The position numbers were made by a program, and so were the translations under genes. Under the pieces are notes generated by a model, which saw nothing but the letters and a program-made list of their open reading frames with translations, did not search any database and was not told the origin of the DNA. Below, in pieces: positions 1 to 8,489 of a stretch of 34,104 bases of DNA (the first letter of the stretch is position 1; every line of letters begins with the position of its first letter). This DNA is from a virus (taxonomy: Duplodnaviria > Caudoviricetes): the IMG/VR virus record IMGVR_UViG_3300032303_000311, positions 1 through 34,104 of that record, one strand, 5' to 3'.

Positions 1-120
1 AAGAAATTGGGGTTTGAGGAACAAGCACGATTACTTGATGTTTTTCCTACTGGAGATTTGTTGTTTTTTGTAATGTCAAAAGACAAATGTAAGTTTTTAG
101 GAGAAAGATATGGGAAAGTC
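1..120. repeat. Terminal direct repeat, copy 1 (assembly circularisation overlap)
   Basis: 1-120 is identical to 33985-34104, and the GNAT ORF reads through the junction in frame. Confidence 0.97.
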
Positions 121-1135
121 GGCTTCTGCACCGCCACCACCTGATTATTCAGGTGCGGCACAAGCAACCGCACAAGGTAATTTAGAAGCGGCACGGGCTA
201 ATATTGCGGCTAATCGTGTCAACCAAGTAACGCCTTACGGCAGTTTAAATTACAACATAAGTGGTCAAGACCCTTATGGCAATCCTACTTGGACAGCCAC
301 ACAATCCCTTGCTCCCGATCAACAAAAACTATTAGATATTCAAAATCAATTAAGTATTGGTACTGGTCAGTTAGGTCAAAAAGGTCTTGGTTATGTAGAA
401 AACATGATTAATCAGCCTTTTGATACTAGCAAATTGGTTTCTACAGGCTTTAATCCTAGCCAATCATATCAAGATGCTTATATGCAACGCCTTAAACCAC
501 AGATTGAACAAGGTCGTGAAGCATTAGCAACTCAATTGGCTAATTCGGGTATTCCCGTAGGTTCTGAAGCCTATAACCGAGCAATGATGACACAAGGTCA
601 AAAAGAAAATGACCTGTTGGCGGCCGCAACTACACAAGGTTTTGGTGTTGGTCAACAAGCCCGTCAACAAGGATTTAACGAATTGGCTTACCAACGCAAT
701 GAACCTATCAATACGCTTAATGCGGTGCGTTCAGGTGCTCAAGTGCAAAGCCCTACTTTTGTAAACCCTGCTTTGCAAGCGAATACTGCTGGTGCTGATA
801 TTTTAGGTGCAACGCAGATGGGTTATAACGCTCAATTAGGAGCATCTAACGCTCAAAATGCCGCTAATAATCAAATGACACAAGGTTTATTTAGTCTTGG
901 CGGTGCGGCTTTAATGTCTGATATTCGCACTAAAGAAAACATTGAAATTATTGGTGTAGCTGATAACGGATTGACTGTTTACAAGTACGAATACAAACCT
1001 GAGTTTAAAGATCATGAATTAGCTGGTCGTGGCGTTCATTATGGCTATATGGCTCAAGAAGTAGAACAAGTCTATCCTTATGCAGTTAAAACTCTAGATG
1101 ACGGCTATAAAGTCGTAGATTACGGATTGCTATGA
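110..1135 (+). CDS. Putative DNA-ejection/pilot protein with C-terminal peptidase S74-like (intramolecular chaperone) domain
   Basis: Gln/Gly/Ala/Asn-rich body; follows the GNAT as P22 gp7 does; C-terminus SDIRTKENI...YKY...GYMAQEVEQVYPYAV...VDY is the S74 pattern; AGGAGA RBS. Confidence 0.75.
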   Translation: MGKSASAPPPPDYSGAAQATAQGNLEAARANIAANRVNQVTPYGSLNYNISGQDPYGNPTWTATQSLAPDQQKLLDIQNQLSIGTGQLGQKGLGYVENMINQPFDTSKLVSTGFNPSQSYQDAYMQRLKPQIEQGREALATQLANSGIPVGSEAYNRAMMTQGQKENDLLAAATTQGFGVGQQARQQGFNELAYQRNEPINTLNAVRSGAQVQSPTFVNPALQANTAGADILGATQMGYNAQLGASNAQNAANNQMTQGLFSLGGAALMSDIRTKENIEIIGVADNGLTVYKYEYKPEFKDHELAGRGVHYGYMAQEVEQVYPYAVKTLDDGYKVVDYGLL

Positions 1136-1422
1136 ACCCATATATTCTTCAAGGTCAACCAATGCAAGATGTTAGCGGACTGCAACCTGTATTTCAAAAC
1201 TTTGGTCAACAGCAAGCTAATCAACAGGCGGCACTTGCACAACAGGCTCAATTAGCAGGTCAAGCTGGACAATCTCAAAGCGGTGGCATAAGCCCATTGG
1301 CTTTAGCCCAAGCGTTGCGTAGCAAGGATCGCACTAAACCTGCCCCTATTTATGATAAGAGCCAAATGTTGCCTGATACCCCACAGTATGCAGACCCAGC
1401 GTATATGCAAGCAGGATATTAA
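1132..1422 (+). CDS. Small Gln-rich protein in ejection-protein cluster
   Basis: ATGA coupling with upstream gene; low-complexity Q/A composition. Confidence 0.6.
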   Translation: MNPYILQGQPMQDVSGLQPVFQNFGQQQANQQAALAQQAQLAGQAGQSQSGGISPLALAQALRSKDRTKPAPIYDKSQMLPDTPQYADPAYMQAGY

Positions 1423-1424
1423 TC

Positions 1425-2498
1425 ATGGCTGATATTGGAACTTTAACTCCCGAACAGATGTTGCAACAGCAACAGATTTTACGCCAGCAAAAGATGGCTG
1501 AAATGTTGTTGCAAAAAGGTATGGAGCAACCACAAGGCCAAACAATTAGTGGTCATTATGTTAGACCTAGCATATTTCAAAATCTAGCTGGATTGGCTAA
1601 TACTTATGTTGGTCAAAAAGGAATTGAAAAAGCGGATCAAGCACAAGTAGAATTAGCTAAAGCTATAAGAGCACAAAATACTGACGAACTTAATCAATTT
1701 AATCAGTTATTGTCTAAAAATCCTATGGAAGCATATAGTTTTGCGGCTCAAGCCTACAATCCTAAATTGCAAGAAGTAGGCATGAAAAAGATGATTCCAC
1801 AAGAATTTGATTTGTCTGAAGGCCAAAAACGCTATATGACAATGCCCGATGGTACTGTTAAAGAAGTTGCCGCAGGTGGTGAAAAAGTACATCCTGTAAA
1901 AGGCAATTTAGTTACTTCTAGCGGAAAAGTTCTTTATTCTGCTCCACTTACAGGTGAAGAAAAAGTAAACCCTGCTGAAGCCCCATTGCGTACTTCATTT
2001 TTGGGTCAAGCAACACCACATATTCAGATTAGCCAAGCATATCGTAAGATTGAATCTGCTCCTGATACTGCCGCTGGTGATATGTCTAAAATATTTGGTT
2101 TTATGAAGATTCTTGATCCAAGTTCTACAGTTCGTGAAGGTGAATATGCTTCTGCTGAAAATGCAAGGGGCGTTCCTGATACTGTCAAAGCTCAATACAA
2201 CAAAGTCATTAGTGGTCAAAGGCTTACCCCAGCACAAAGAACGCAATTTACACAAGCGGCTGGTGATTTGGTTGGAAGTCAAAAACAACAATTTGAAGGT
2301 CAAAAGAAGTTTTTTGAAAACATTGCTGTTAAAAATAGAATTGCACCTGAAAGCGTTATTTATGACCCTTATGAAGGTTTAAATTTACAGACTACACCGC
2401 CAAAAGCACCAAAACAACCTGTTAATGTTGGTCAACAATTAGGCGTTCCACAAGTCAATAGTGGATGGAACATTATTAGCGTGACACCTACAAAATAA
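1425..2498 (+). CDS. Putative internal virion/ejection protein
   Basis: 357 aa, helical Q-rich N-terminus, position in podovirus ejection cluster. Confidence 0.6.
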   Translation: MADIGTLTPEQMLQQQQILRQQKMAEMLLQKGMEQPQGQTISGHYVRPSIFQNLAGLANTYVGQKGIEKADQAQVELAKAIRAQNTDELNQFNQLLSKNPMEAYSFAAQAYNPKLQEVGMKKMIPQEFDLSEGQKRYMTMPDGTVKEVAAGGEKVHPVKGNLVTSSGKVLYSAPLTGEEKVNPAEAPLRTSFLGQATPHIQISQAYRKIESAPDTAAGDMSKIFGFMKILDPSSTVREGEYASAENARGVPDTVKAQYNKVISGQRLTPAQRTQFTQAAGDLVGSQKQQFEGQKKFFENIAVKNRIAPESVIYDPYEGLNLQTTPPKAPKQPVNVGQQLGVPQVNSGWNIISVTPTK

Positions 2499-2501
2499 AC
2501 T

Positions 2502-4403
2502 ATGGCTCAATACACCGTACAAGCCCCTGATGGACAAACAATTACGCTAGAAGGCCCTAATGGTGCTTCTCAAGCAGATGTTATTGCTCAAGCCCAAAAG
2601 TTGTATCAGCCACAAGGGTCTGTTCAGGTTATGTCACCTGATGGAGCACCCTTAACTACTGAATTTGGACAAACTGGTGGCGGTGCGGCTGTTGGTAGAC
2701 CACAGGGTATTAATCGTACAAATATATTAGAACAACCACGCCCATTAGAATCTGCAATGGCTGGTGCTACTAAATCTGTTATTGACCCTGCTATTGCTGG
2801 TGCTCAAGTTCTTACTGGTGGCCGTCTTGGAACTAGCGAACTTGCTAAAAAACTAGGCGAAGAAGCCCAAGTTTATTCTGATGAAAATCCTGTATGGTAC
2901 GGAACAGGTCGTGTAGCTGGTGCTGTTGCTCCTGCAATGGGTATGGCTAAAGGAATTGGTGTACTTCCAAGTCTTGCTAAATTAAATCCTTACGCACAAG
3001 CGGCTGGAATTGGTGCGGTGCAAGGTATATTAACTCCTGAAGAAACTGGCAAAAAAGATTTAGCCCTATTTAAACAACAGATGTTTAATGCTGGCACAGG
3101 GGCGGCTATTGGTGCTCCTACGCCATTATTAGGAAAAATTGCTAATACTGCCTACGGTGCTGGTAAAGCCGCTTTAGAGCCGTTTAATGAATCAGGTAGA
3201 AACCTTATTATTGGTCGTGCTTTACGCCAGTTTTCAGGCAACGATGCAGAAAAAGCTATTGCTAATCTTAGAAACCCACAACAATTAGTTGCAGGTGTTC
3301 AACCTACAGTTGGTGAAGTTGCTGGTGTTCCTAGTTTAGCGGCAGTACAAAGGGCTGTAGGTGGAAACCCTATAACCACCAATGCATTTGCCGAAAGAAA
3401 AGCACTTAACGATATTGCTAGAACAGAAGCATTGCAAAATATTGCATCGCCCACAAGACTTGCTAAATACCAAGATTTGCGTGGTCGTGTAGCAGAAGAT
3501 TTGTATTCTGATGCTTTAAAGCCATTAAATTTAGGCAAACTTACTCCTGAAATGACTGATGAAATTACTGGTTTAGTTAAAACACCAGCCATTAAAAGAG
3601 CAATGGATCAAGCTAAAGAAAATGCGGCAAATAGAGGTATTGAAATAAACAATCCCGAAGGATCAATGCGTGGATTGCATGAAACCAAAATGGCTTTAGA
3701 TGATCAAATTGCTAGAGTTAAAGCATTGGCTGAAAAAAATGGTGGTTCTGCAAGTGCTGAATTAAACAGCTTGCAAACAGCAAAATCTAGGCTTTTAAAT
3801 TTTATGGAAGATGTTAGCCCTGAATATAAAACAGCCCGTATTAATTATGCTCGCTTATCTAAACCAGTAGAACAATTAGAATCTATTGCCAAATTAGCTG
3901 AAAAGTCTTTAAGCCCTAAAGATTATTCTGTTTATTTAGGTAACTTTTCTAGAGAATTAGAAAAAGTTAAAAAAGAAGGTCATCTTTCTGCTCAACAAGT
4001 TAAGCGATTAGAAAATATTAAAGAAGATTTAATGCGTACCGATTTTGCCAATAATGCTGGTCGTGGCGTTGGTTCTAATACTATGCAAAACCTTGCCTAT
4101 AACAATATGTTGCAAGAAGTTAATTTGCCAAACTTGCTAAGAAGAAGGGGTATGGCTGAAACCGCAGGTAACATTGCGGCAAGAGTTAAGGATGTTGCTT
4201 ATGGAAGTGCTAATAAACAATTAACGAGTGAAATGGCTGAAGCATTGCTTGATCCAAGAAAAGCGGCCGCTTTAATGAAATTGGCTGGCAAAAGACCATT
4301 AGAAGCACAAGTACCAACCGAACAATCAAACCTAGCTAAATTATTATTTACGCAAGGTGGTGTTAATGCAGTAAACGCTATAAGAGGACAATCAAATGAG
4401 TAG
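2502..4403 (+). CDS. Putative large internal virion/DNA transfer protein
   Basis: 633 aa; N-terminal YTVQAPDGQTITLEGP motif, Gly/Ala-rich hydrophobic segments then helical region; last of ejection cluster. Confidence 0.65.
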   Translation: MAQYTVQAPDGQTITLEGPNGASQADVIAQAQKLYQPQGSVQVMSPDGAPLTTEFGQTGGGAAVGRPQGINRTNILEQPRPLESAMAGATKSVIDPAIAGAQVLTGGRLGTSELAKKLGEEAQVYSDENPVWYGTGRVAGAVAPAMGMAKGIGVLPSLAKLNPYAQAAGIGAVQGILTPEETGKKDLALFKQQMFNAGTGAAIGAPTPLLGKIANTAYGAGKAALEPFNESGRNLIIGRALRQFSGNDAEKAIANLRNPQQLVAGVQPTVGEVAGVPSLAAVQRAVGGNPITTNAFAERKALNDIARTEALQNIASPTRLAKYQDLRGRVAEDLYSDALKPLNLGKLTPEMTDEITGLVKTPAIKRAMDQAKENAANRGIEINNPEGSMRGLHETKMALDDQIARVKALAEKNGGSASAELNSLQTAKSRLLNFMEDVSPEYKTARINYARLSKPVEQLESIAKLAEKSLSPKDYSVYLGNFSRELEKVKKEGHLSAQQVKRLENIKEDLMRTDFANNAGRGVGSNTMQNLAYNNMLQEVNLPNLLRRRGMAETAGNIAARVKDVAYGSANKQLTSEMAEALLDPRKAAALMKLAGKRPLEAQVPTEQSNLAKLLFTQGGVNAVNAIRGQSNE

Positions 4404-5391
4404 AAACGGATCAGGTACATATACCTTACCTGCTGGTAATCCAGTAGTAACTGGCACAACTATTAGTTCTACATGGGCTAATAACACCCTTACAGATATT
4501 GCTACTGCCTTAACTGGTTCATTAGCGGCAGACGGACAAACTACCGCTACTGGTGCTTTAAAAATGGGTGCTAATCGCATTACAGGATTGGCTGATGGAT
4601 TAGCTTCTACCGATGCCGCAACAGTTAATCAAATTCCAAGCGGTGCTACTTTTTTATTAAAAGCATCAAACCTTTCAGATGTTGCTGATGCTACAACTTC
4701 TAGGGGTAATTTGGTTGCCGCCAAATCAGGTGCTAATAGCGATATAACTTCTTTAACTGGTTTAACTACACCTTTAACCGTAGCACAAGGTGGTACAGGT
4801 GCGGCTACATTAACTTCAAATAATGTTTTGCTTGGTAATGGCACTTCTGCACCACAAACAGTAGCACCAAGCACATCAGGAAATGTATTAACTTCTAATG
4901 GAACTACTTGGGTTTCTTCTGTTCCTGCTTCATATCCATTAACTAGCGGTACTGCCGTAGCATCTACAAGCGGAACAACTATTGACTTTACTAGCATCCC
5001 TAGTTGGGTTAAGCGTGTAACTGTAATGTTTAATGGCGTTTCTACAAGTGGTTCTAGTAATTTTCTTTTTCAATTAGGCGATTCAGGCGGTGTTGAAACT
5101 ACTGGTTATCAATCGGTAGGCAGTAATTATGTTGCTGCAACAACATCAACAATAGGTTTTACATCACACAACACAAGTGCAGGGTCTAATACTGAAGGTT
5201 TTATTGAGTTTTCTACTCTTGGGTCAAATATTTGGGTTGGAAGCGGAAATTTTGCAAGCGTTACTTCCGCACAAGTTATATCTATTGCAGGCTCTAAAAC
5301 TCTTTCTGCTACCTTAGATAGAGTACGCATTACTACAACTAACGGCACAGATACATTTGATGCTGGCTCAATTAACATTCTTTACGAGTAA
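4396..5391 (+). CDS. Tail fibre/spike-like virion protein
   Basis: N-terminal MSRNGSGTYTLP tail-anchor-type motif; KMGANRITGLADG..TDAATVNQ and VAQGGTGA fibre motifs; Ser/Thr/Gly-rich with beta-rich C-terminus. Confidence 0.75.
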   Translation: MSRNGSGTYTLPAGNPVVTGTTISSTWANNTLTDIATALTGSLAADGQTTATGALKMGANRITGLADGLASTDAATVNQIPSGATFLLKASNLSDVADATTSRGNLVAAKSGANSDITSLTGLTTPLTVAQGGTGAATLTSNNVLLGNGTSAPQTVAPSTSGNVLTSNGTTWVSSVPASYPLTSGTAVASTSGTTIDFTSIPSWVKRVTVMFNGVSTSGSSNFLFQLGDSGGVETTGYQSVGSNYVAATTSTIGFTSHNTSAGSNTEGFIEFSTLGSNIWVGSGNFASVTSAQVISIAGSKTLSATLDRVRITTTNGTDTFDAGSINILYE

Positions 5392-5394
5392 ATT

Positions 5395-5565
5395 ATGAAC
5401 AGAATAGAAATTGATGTAATTACTGGTGAACAACAAGTTATTGAATTAACTGCCGAAGAAGTAACACAAGCACAAGCAAATTACGCAGAATGGTTAGCCG
5501 CACAGCCAACTAAAGAAGAACAAATTGCTAGATTACAAGAACAAATTAACGCATTAAACAACTAA
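5395..5565 (+). CDS. Small protein (56 aa), probable fibre assembly chaperone
   Basis: Not in ORF track; MNRIEIDVITGEQQVIELTAEE...INALNN directly follows the fibre gene. Confidence 0.6.
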   Translation: MNRIEIDVITGEQQVIELTAEEVTQAQANYAEWLAAQPTKEEQIARLQEQINALNN

Positions 5566-5566
5566 T

Positions 5567-5734
5567 ATGTCTACCATTGATAAAAATGAAGCGGCATTAT
5601 CCGCACACGAACAAGTCTGTGCTTTTCGCTATGAAACAATTAATGCTCGCTTAAAAAGACTTGAGCAAATATTAATTGGTTCTGCTGGTTTTATTATTGC
5701 CGCACTTGTTTCTATAGCCTTTAAATTAAATTAA
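5567..5734 (+). CDS. Small membrane protein (55 aa), coiled coil plus C-terminal TM, lysis region
   Basis: Not in ORF track; MSTIDKNEAALSAHEQVCAFRYETINARLKRLEQILIGSAGFIIAALVSIAFKLN. Confidence 0.65.
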   Translation: MSTIDKNEAALSAHEQVCAFRYETINARLKRLEQILIGSAGFIIAALVSIAFKLN

Positions 5735-5740
5735 TGAGTA

Positions 5741-6187
5741 ATGTCCGATCCTTTTGGAATTACAAATGGTGTCAAACAAGTCACCAGTTCAATTAATGAA
5801 TCGGTAAAAGCTAGTCAAGAACTTAGCAAAGCAATAGAAGGCGTATTAGAAGTAGCAGATAAAGCGGCAAAAGATAGAGCAATTTCAAGAAAAAAAGCAA
5901 GACAGGTTAATCCTGATACCACTACGATTATTGATGCGGTAGATGAGTGGCAAAGACTTTTAATAGCACGGCAGTCAGAATCAAGAATACAAGAGCAAAT
6001 AACCAAGAAATACGGAAGTAAGGCTTGGGATGAAATACAAGGTATTAAAGCAAGAAAACAATGGGAAGAACGGCAAGATAAGTACTTAGAACAGCATGAC
6101 CGTAGGGTAATGAAAAGCGTTATGTTGCTATGTTATATATTTTCCGCTTGGATTGCTTATGAATTGACTTGGGGTATGTGGAGATAA
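5741..6187 (+). CDS. Hypothetical protein with C-terminal TM helix
   Basis: Helical body and terminal hydrophobic segment VMLLCYIFSAWIAY. Confidence 0.6.
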   Translation: MSDPFGITNGVKQVTSSINESVKASQELSKAIEGVLEVADKAAKDRAISRKKARQVNPDTTTIIDAVDEWQRLLIARQSESRIQEQITKKYGSKAWDEIQGIKARKQWEERQDKYLEQHDRRVMKSVMLLCYIFSAWIAYELTWGMWR

Positions 6188-6188
6188 T

Positions 6189-6683
6189 ATGGATTGGTTG
6201 ACTAAATTAGTACCGACTATTGCTACTTGCTTGGGTGGCCCTTTGGCTGGTCTTGCCGTTACTGCGGTGTCTAAGGCTTTGGGTGTAGATGAAGATAAAG
6301 TCCAAGATGTCATTGATAGCGGTAAATTAAACGCTGATCAAATTGCCAGTTTAAAACAAGCTGAATTAGAGTTAAAAAAGCAAGAACAAGAATTAGGTCT
6401 TAATTTTGAACAATTAGCCGTGCAAGACCGTGCTTCTGCCCGTGATTTACAAAAAGAAACTAAGTCTATTATTCCCCCTGTATTGTCTATTCTTGTAACT
6501 ATTGGATTTTTTGGTATTTTGGGCGGATTAATGTCAGGCAAGATTATGACTTCTGACGCTTTGATGCTAATGTTAGGTTCTTTAGGAACTGCATGGACAG
6601 GTATTATTGCGTTTTATTTTGGTTCTTCAGCCAGTAGCCAAGCTAAAGACACTATGATTCATAACTCTACCCCATTAAAATGA
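6189..6683 (+). CDS. Holin (3TM GTA-holin-like)
   Basis: PTIATCLGGPLAG N-terminus, DRASAR motif, two C-terminal TMs ending FYFGSS; directly upstream of endolysin. Confidence 0.75.
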   Translation: MDWLTKLVPTIATCLGGPLAGLAVTAVSKALGVDEDKVQDVIDSGKLNADQIASLKQAELELKKQEQELGLNFEQLAVQDRASARDLQKETKSIIPPVLSILVTIGFFGILGGLMSGKIMTSDALMLMLGSLGTAWTGIIAFYFGSSASSQAKDTMIHNSTPLK

Positions 6684-7099
6684 TAAACAGTCGATCTCTT
6701 GATGACCTGATAGCCCCTGCAAAAGAGCGTGTAGAACGTTTTATAGAGTTATGCAAGGCTGAGGGTATAGATTTGCTTGTGACCTCTACATACCGTGATA
6801 ATGAATCACAACAGGCTTTATACGAACAAGGCAGGACTACAGCAGGAAAGGTGGTAACTAATGCTAAAGCAGGTGATTCTTGGCATAACTGGCGTTGTGC
6901 TGTTGATGTCGTACCTATGGTCAATGGAAAGCCTGATTGGGATGGTTCTCACCCTGTATGGGCTAAAGTCGGGGAATTAGGAAAGCAAGCTGGTTTGGAA
7001 TGGGCTGGAGAATGGCGTACATTCAAAGAATTAGCCCATTTTCAATACACGGGTGGTCTTACCCTTACCGACCTTAAAAACGGCCGTCAAATCGCTTAA
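6680..7099 (+). CDS. Endolysin, M15-family (L-Ala-D-Glu-type) peptidase
   Basis: TYRDNESQQALYEQGRT, SWHNWRCAVD, EWAGEW..ELAHFQ zinc peptidase motifs. Confidence 0.9.
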   Translation: MINSRSLDDLIAPAKERVERFIELCKAEGIDLLVTSTYRDNESQQALYEQGRTTAGKVVTNAKAGDSWHNWRCAVDVVPMVNGKPDWDGSHPVWAKVGELGKQAGLEWAGEWRTFKELAHFQYTGGLTLTDLKNGRQIA

Positions 7100-7551
7100 A
7101 ACATTTGTAGGTCAGATTGCGGTATAAAAAAAGCTGAACGGTCACGGCCTTTTACTTCCCGTTTTTGCCAATATTTTTGCTGTTTACCGTTCTTGCCTAA
7201 AATAAAACCCCGTATTTTGTAATGCCCATTTTTACCCGTTAAAAGCCAGTAATTCTTATTGTCTTTATCACGGTGGTGCAGTATTAAATGCCCGTCATCG
7301 TACTCTGTAGCCCTTACATCTTCTTTCCCTACATCGTCAGCGTCAGGATATCCAACACCTTCCCAATGGACACCCAAATGCTTTGCTAAAGCGTATTCTG
7401 ATAAAGCACCCTCTATTTGAAGTTTCCAATCAGTATTAACATCAAGCCCGTACATTGGCCTAGCGTTACGCTTTAAAAATTGCAGATGCCGCAATACGCC
7501 AACTTGAGCGGCCATCATTATTTGGGTGTTGGATAAAACTACTTCAATCAT
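7096..7551 (-). CDS. Hypothetical protein, possible restriction-endonuclease-like fold
   Basis: GALSEYALAKHL...ADDVGKEDVRAT loosely resembles a PD-(D/E)XK arrangement. Confidence 0.5.
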   Translation of the reverse strand: MIEVVLSNTQIMMAAQVGVLRHLQFLKRNARPMYGLDVNTDWKLQIEGALSEYALAKHLGVHWEGVGYPDADDVGKEDVRATEYDDGHLILHHRDKDNKNYWLLTGKNGHYKIRGFILGKNGKQQKYWQKREVKGRDRSAFFIPQSDLQMF

Positions 7552-7640
7552 ATTGCATTACCGTGCATTAAATAATTAGTGCCAAAAATAATGACGCAAA
7601 TAAAGATGGCCATTAAACCGCCTAAAATGAAATCTCTCAT
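7548..7640 (-). CDS. Small membrane peptide (30 aa)
   Basis: MRDFILGGLMAIFICVIIFGTNYLMHGNAI; GGAG RBS; ATGA coupling to next gene. Confidence 0.55.
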   Translation of the reverse strand: MRDFILGGLMAIFICVIIFGTNYLMHGNAI

Positions 7641-7649
7641 GTCAATCTC

Positions 7650-7901
7650 CTAGTGAAAAATCTTGTAGCGTGGGTTGCAAGTAACTTCTACAGGTACATC
7701 TGTGGTAACACCGTTAATCTTACGCTTTGCCGTAATCACAATAGGGCGTGTGCCAGCATCTTCACACTCATTGATGCCAAGGATAACTTGAGCACGGGTC
7801 ATGTGAAACGCTTGTTTATCTGTTTCTAGCGTGACATTGGGTGGTTCAAAAGAACTGCAACCAACTAAGGCTAGTGGTGCTAATAGGTATAAATATTTCA
7901 T
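7650..7901 (-). CDS. Small lipoprotein
   Basis: Start reassigned to MKYLYLLAPLALVG-C (lipobox); ATGA coupling with upstream ORF. Confidence 0.75.
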   Translation of the reverse strand: MKYLYLLAPLALVGCSSFEPPNVTLETDKQAFHMTRAQVILGINECEDAGTRPIVITAKRKINGVTTDVPVEVTCNPRYKIFH

Positions 7902-8071
7902 GCTAATTCCTTTGTTTTGTTTTCGATTATTTCCCAAAGGTCTAGTTCATAAACCATTTCGGTAATGTCGTTGTCACCAATGTAGGCGTAAGAGATTTCG
8001 TTGTTGTAACCACGCAATTCGATTTGAGTATTGCCGTAAGTTACTGAATCTATGTAATGACCGTCTTTCAT
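7898..8071 (-). CDS. Hypothetical early protein (57 aa)
   Basis: MKDGHYIDSVTYGNTQIELRG...KELA; GGAG RBS, ATGA overlaps at both ends. Confidence 0.6.
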   Translation of the reverse strand: MKDGHYIDSVTYGNTQIELRGYNNEISYAYIGDNDITEMVYELDLWEIIENKTKELA

Positions 8072-8247
8072 TTATTTCTCCAACGCATTGGTTTGTCGTT
8101 TTTTGTTAACGCAGAAAAATGGCTAATTCTTATTTCTGTGGTTGACTTCCATTTAACCAAACCATCGGAATCTTGGTTTTTAATTACATGACCATGATTG
8201 CCTTCTTTGTGGATTACTCTGTCACCTTCTTTAAACTGATATTCCAT
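8068..8247 (-). CDS. Hypothetical early protein (59 aa)
   Basis: MEYQFKEGDRVIHKEG...; AAGGAG RBS; first gene after leftward promoter. Confidence 0.65.
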   Translation of the reverse strand: MEYQFKEGDRVIHKEGNHGHVIKNQDSDGLVKWKSTTEIRISHFSALTKNDKPMRWRNK

Positions 8248-8289
8248 TTGTTGCTCCTTTTTCTATCTCACTCGGTATTGAGTAACATC

Positions 8290-8318
8290 AGTTTAGTTAA
8301 GCTACCTTAACAATGCAA
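8290..8318 (-). promoter_or_regulatory. Sigma70 promoter with operator in spacer
   Basis: Minus strand TTGCAT-17nt-TAAACT; palindrome TTAAG-CTAC-CTTAA at 8297-8310. Confidence 0.75.
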
Positions 8319-8350
8319 GCATTATTTTATAGGGATATACCCTTAGTGGT

Positions 8351-8486
8351 AAAAAAGCGACAGGCTGTATTTGGCAGTTACTAGCTGTTAGGTGGAAAGC
8401 CGCAAAAACCCTAACTTACTGCATCCTACATTGGCGGCTTAACGCCCTAATAAGGTGGGGTACTCGCTCCGTGATGCTTTCCCCCA
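8351..8486 (-). ncRNA. Candidate structured RNA (loop-E-type hairpin plus pseudoknotted multi-stem)
   Basis: Nested complementary pairs 8366-69/8427-30, 8374-78/8418-22, 8387-92/8410-15; crossing 7-bp pair 8397-8403/8434-8440; followed by U-tract. Confidence 0.55.
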
Positions 8487-8489
8487 TGA

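Noticed and set aside
1707-6924. Antisense and alternate-frame ORFs over structural genes (also 13998-14261, 22835-25279 and others)
   Set aside because: Shadow ORFs of well-supported genes, without RBS or motifs
8332-8344. AGGG-ATATA-CCCT palindrome upstream of the leftward promoter
   Set aside because: Single short occurrence; I could not find a convincing second copy
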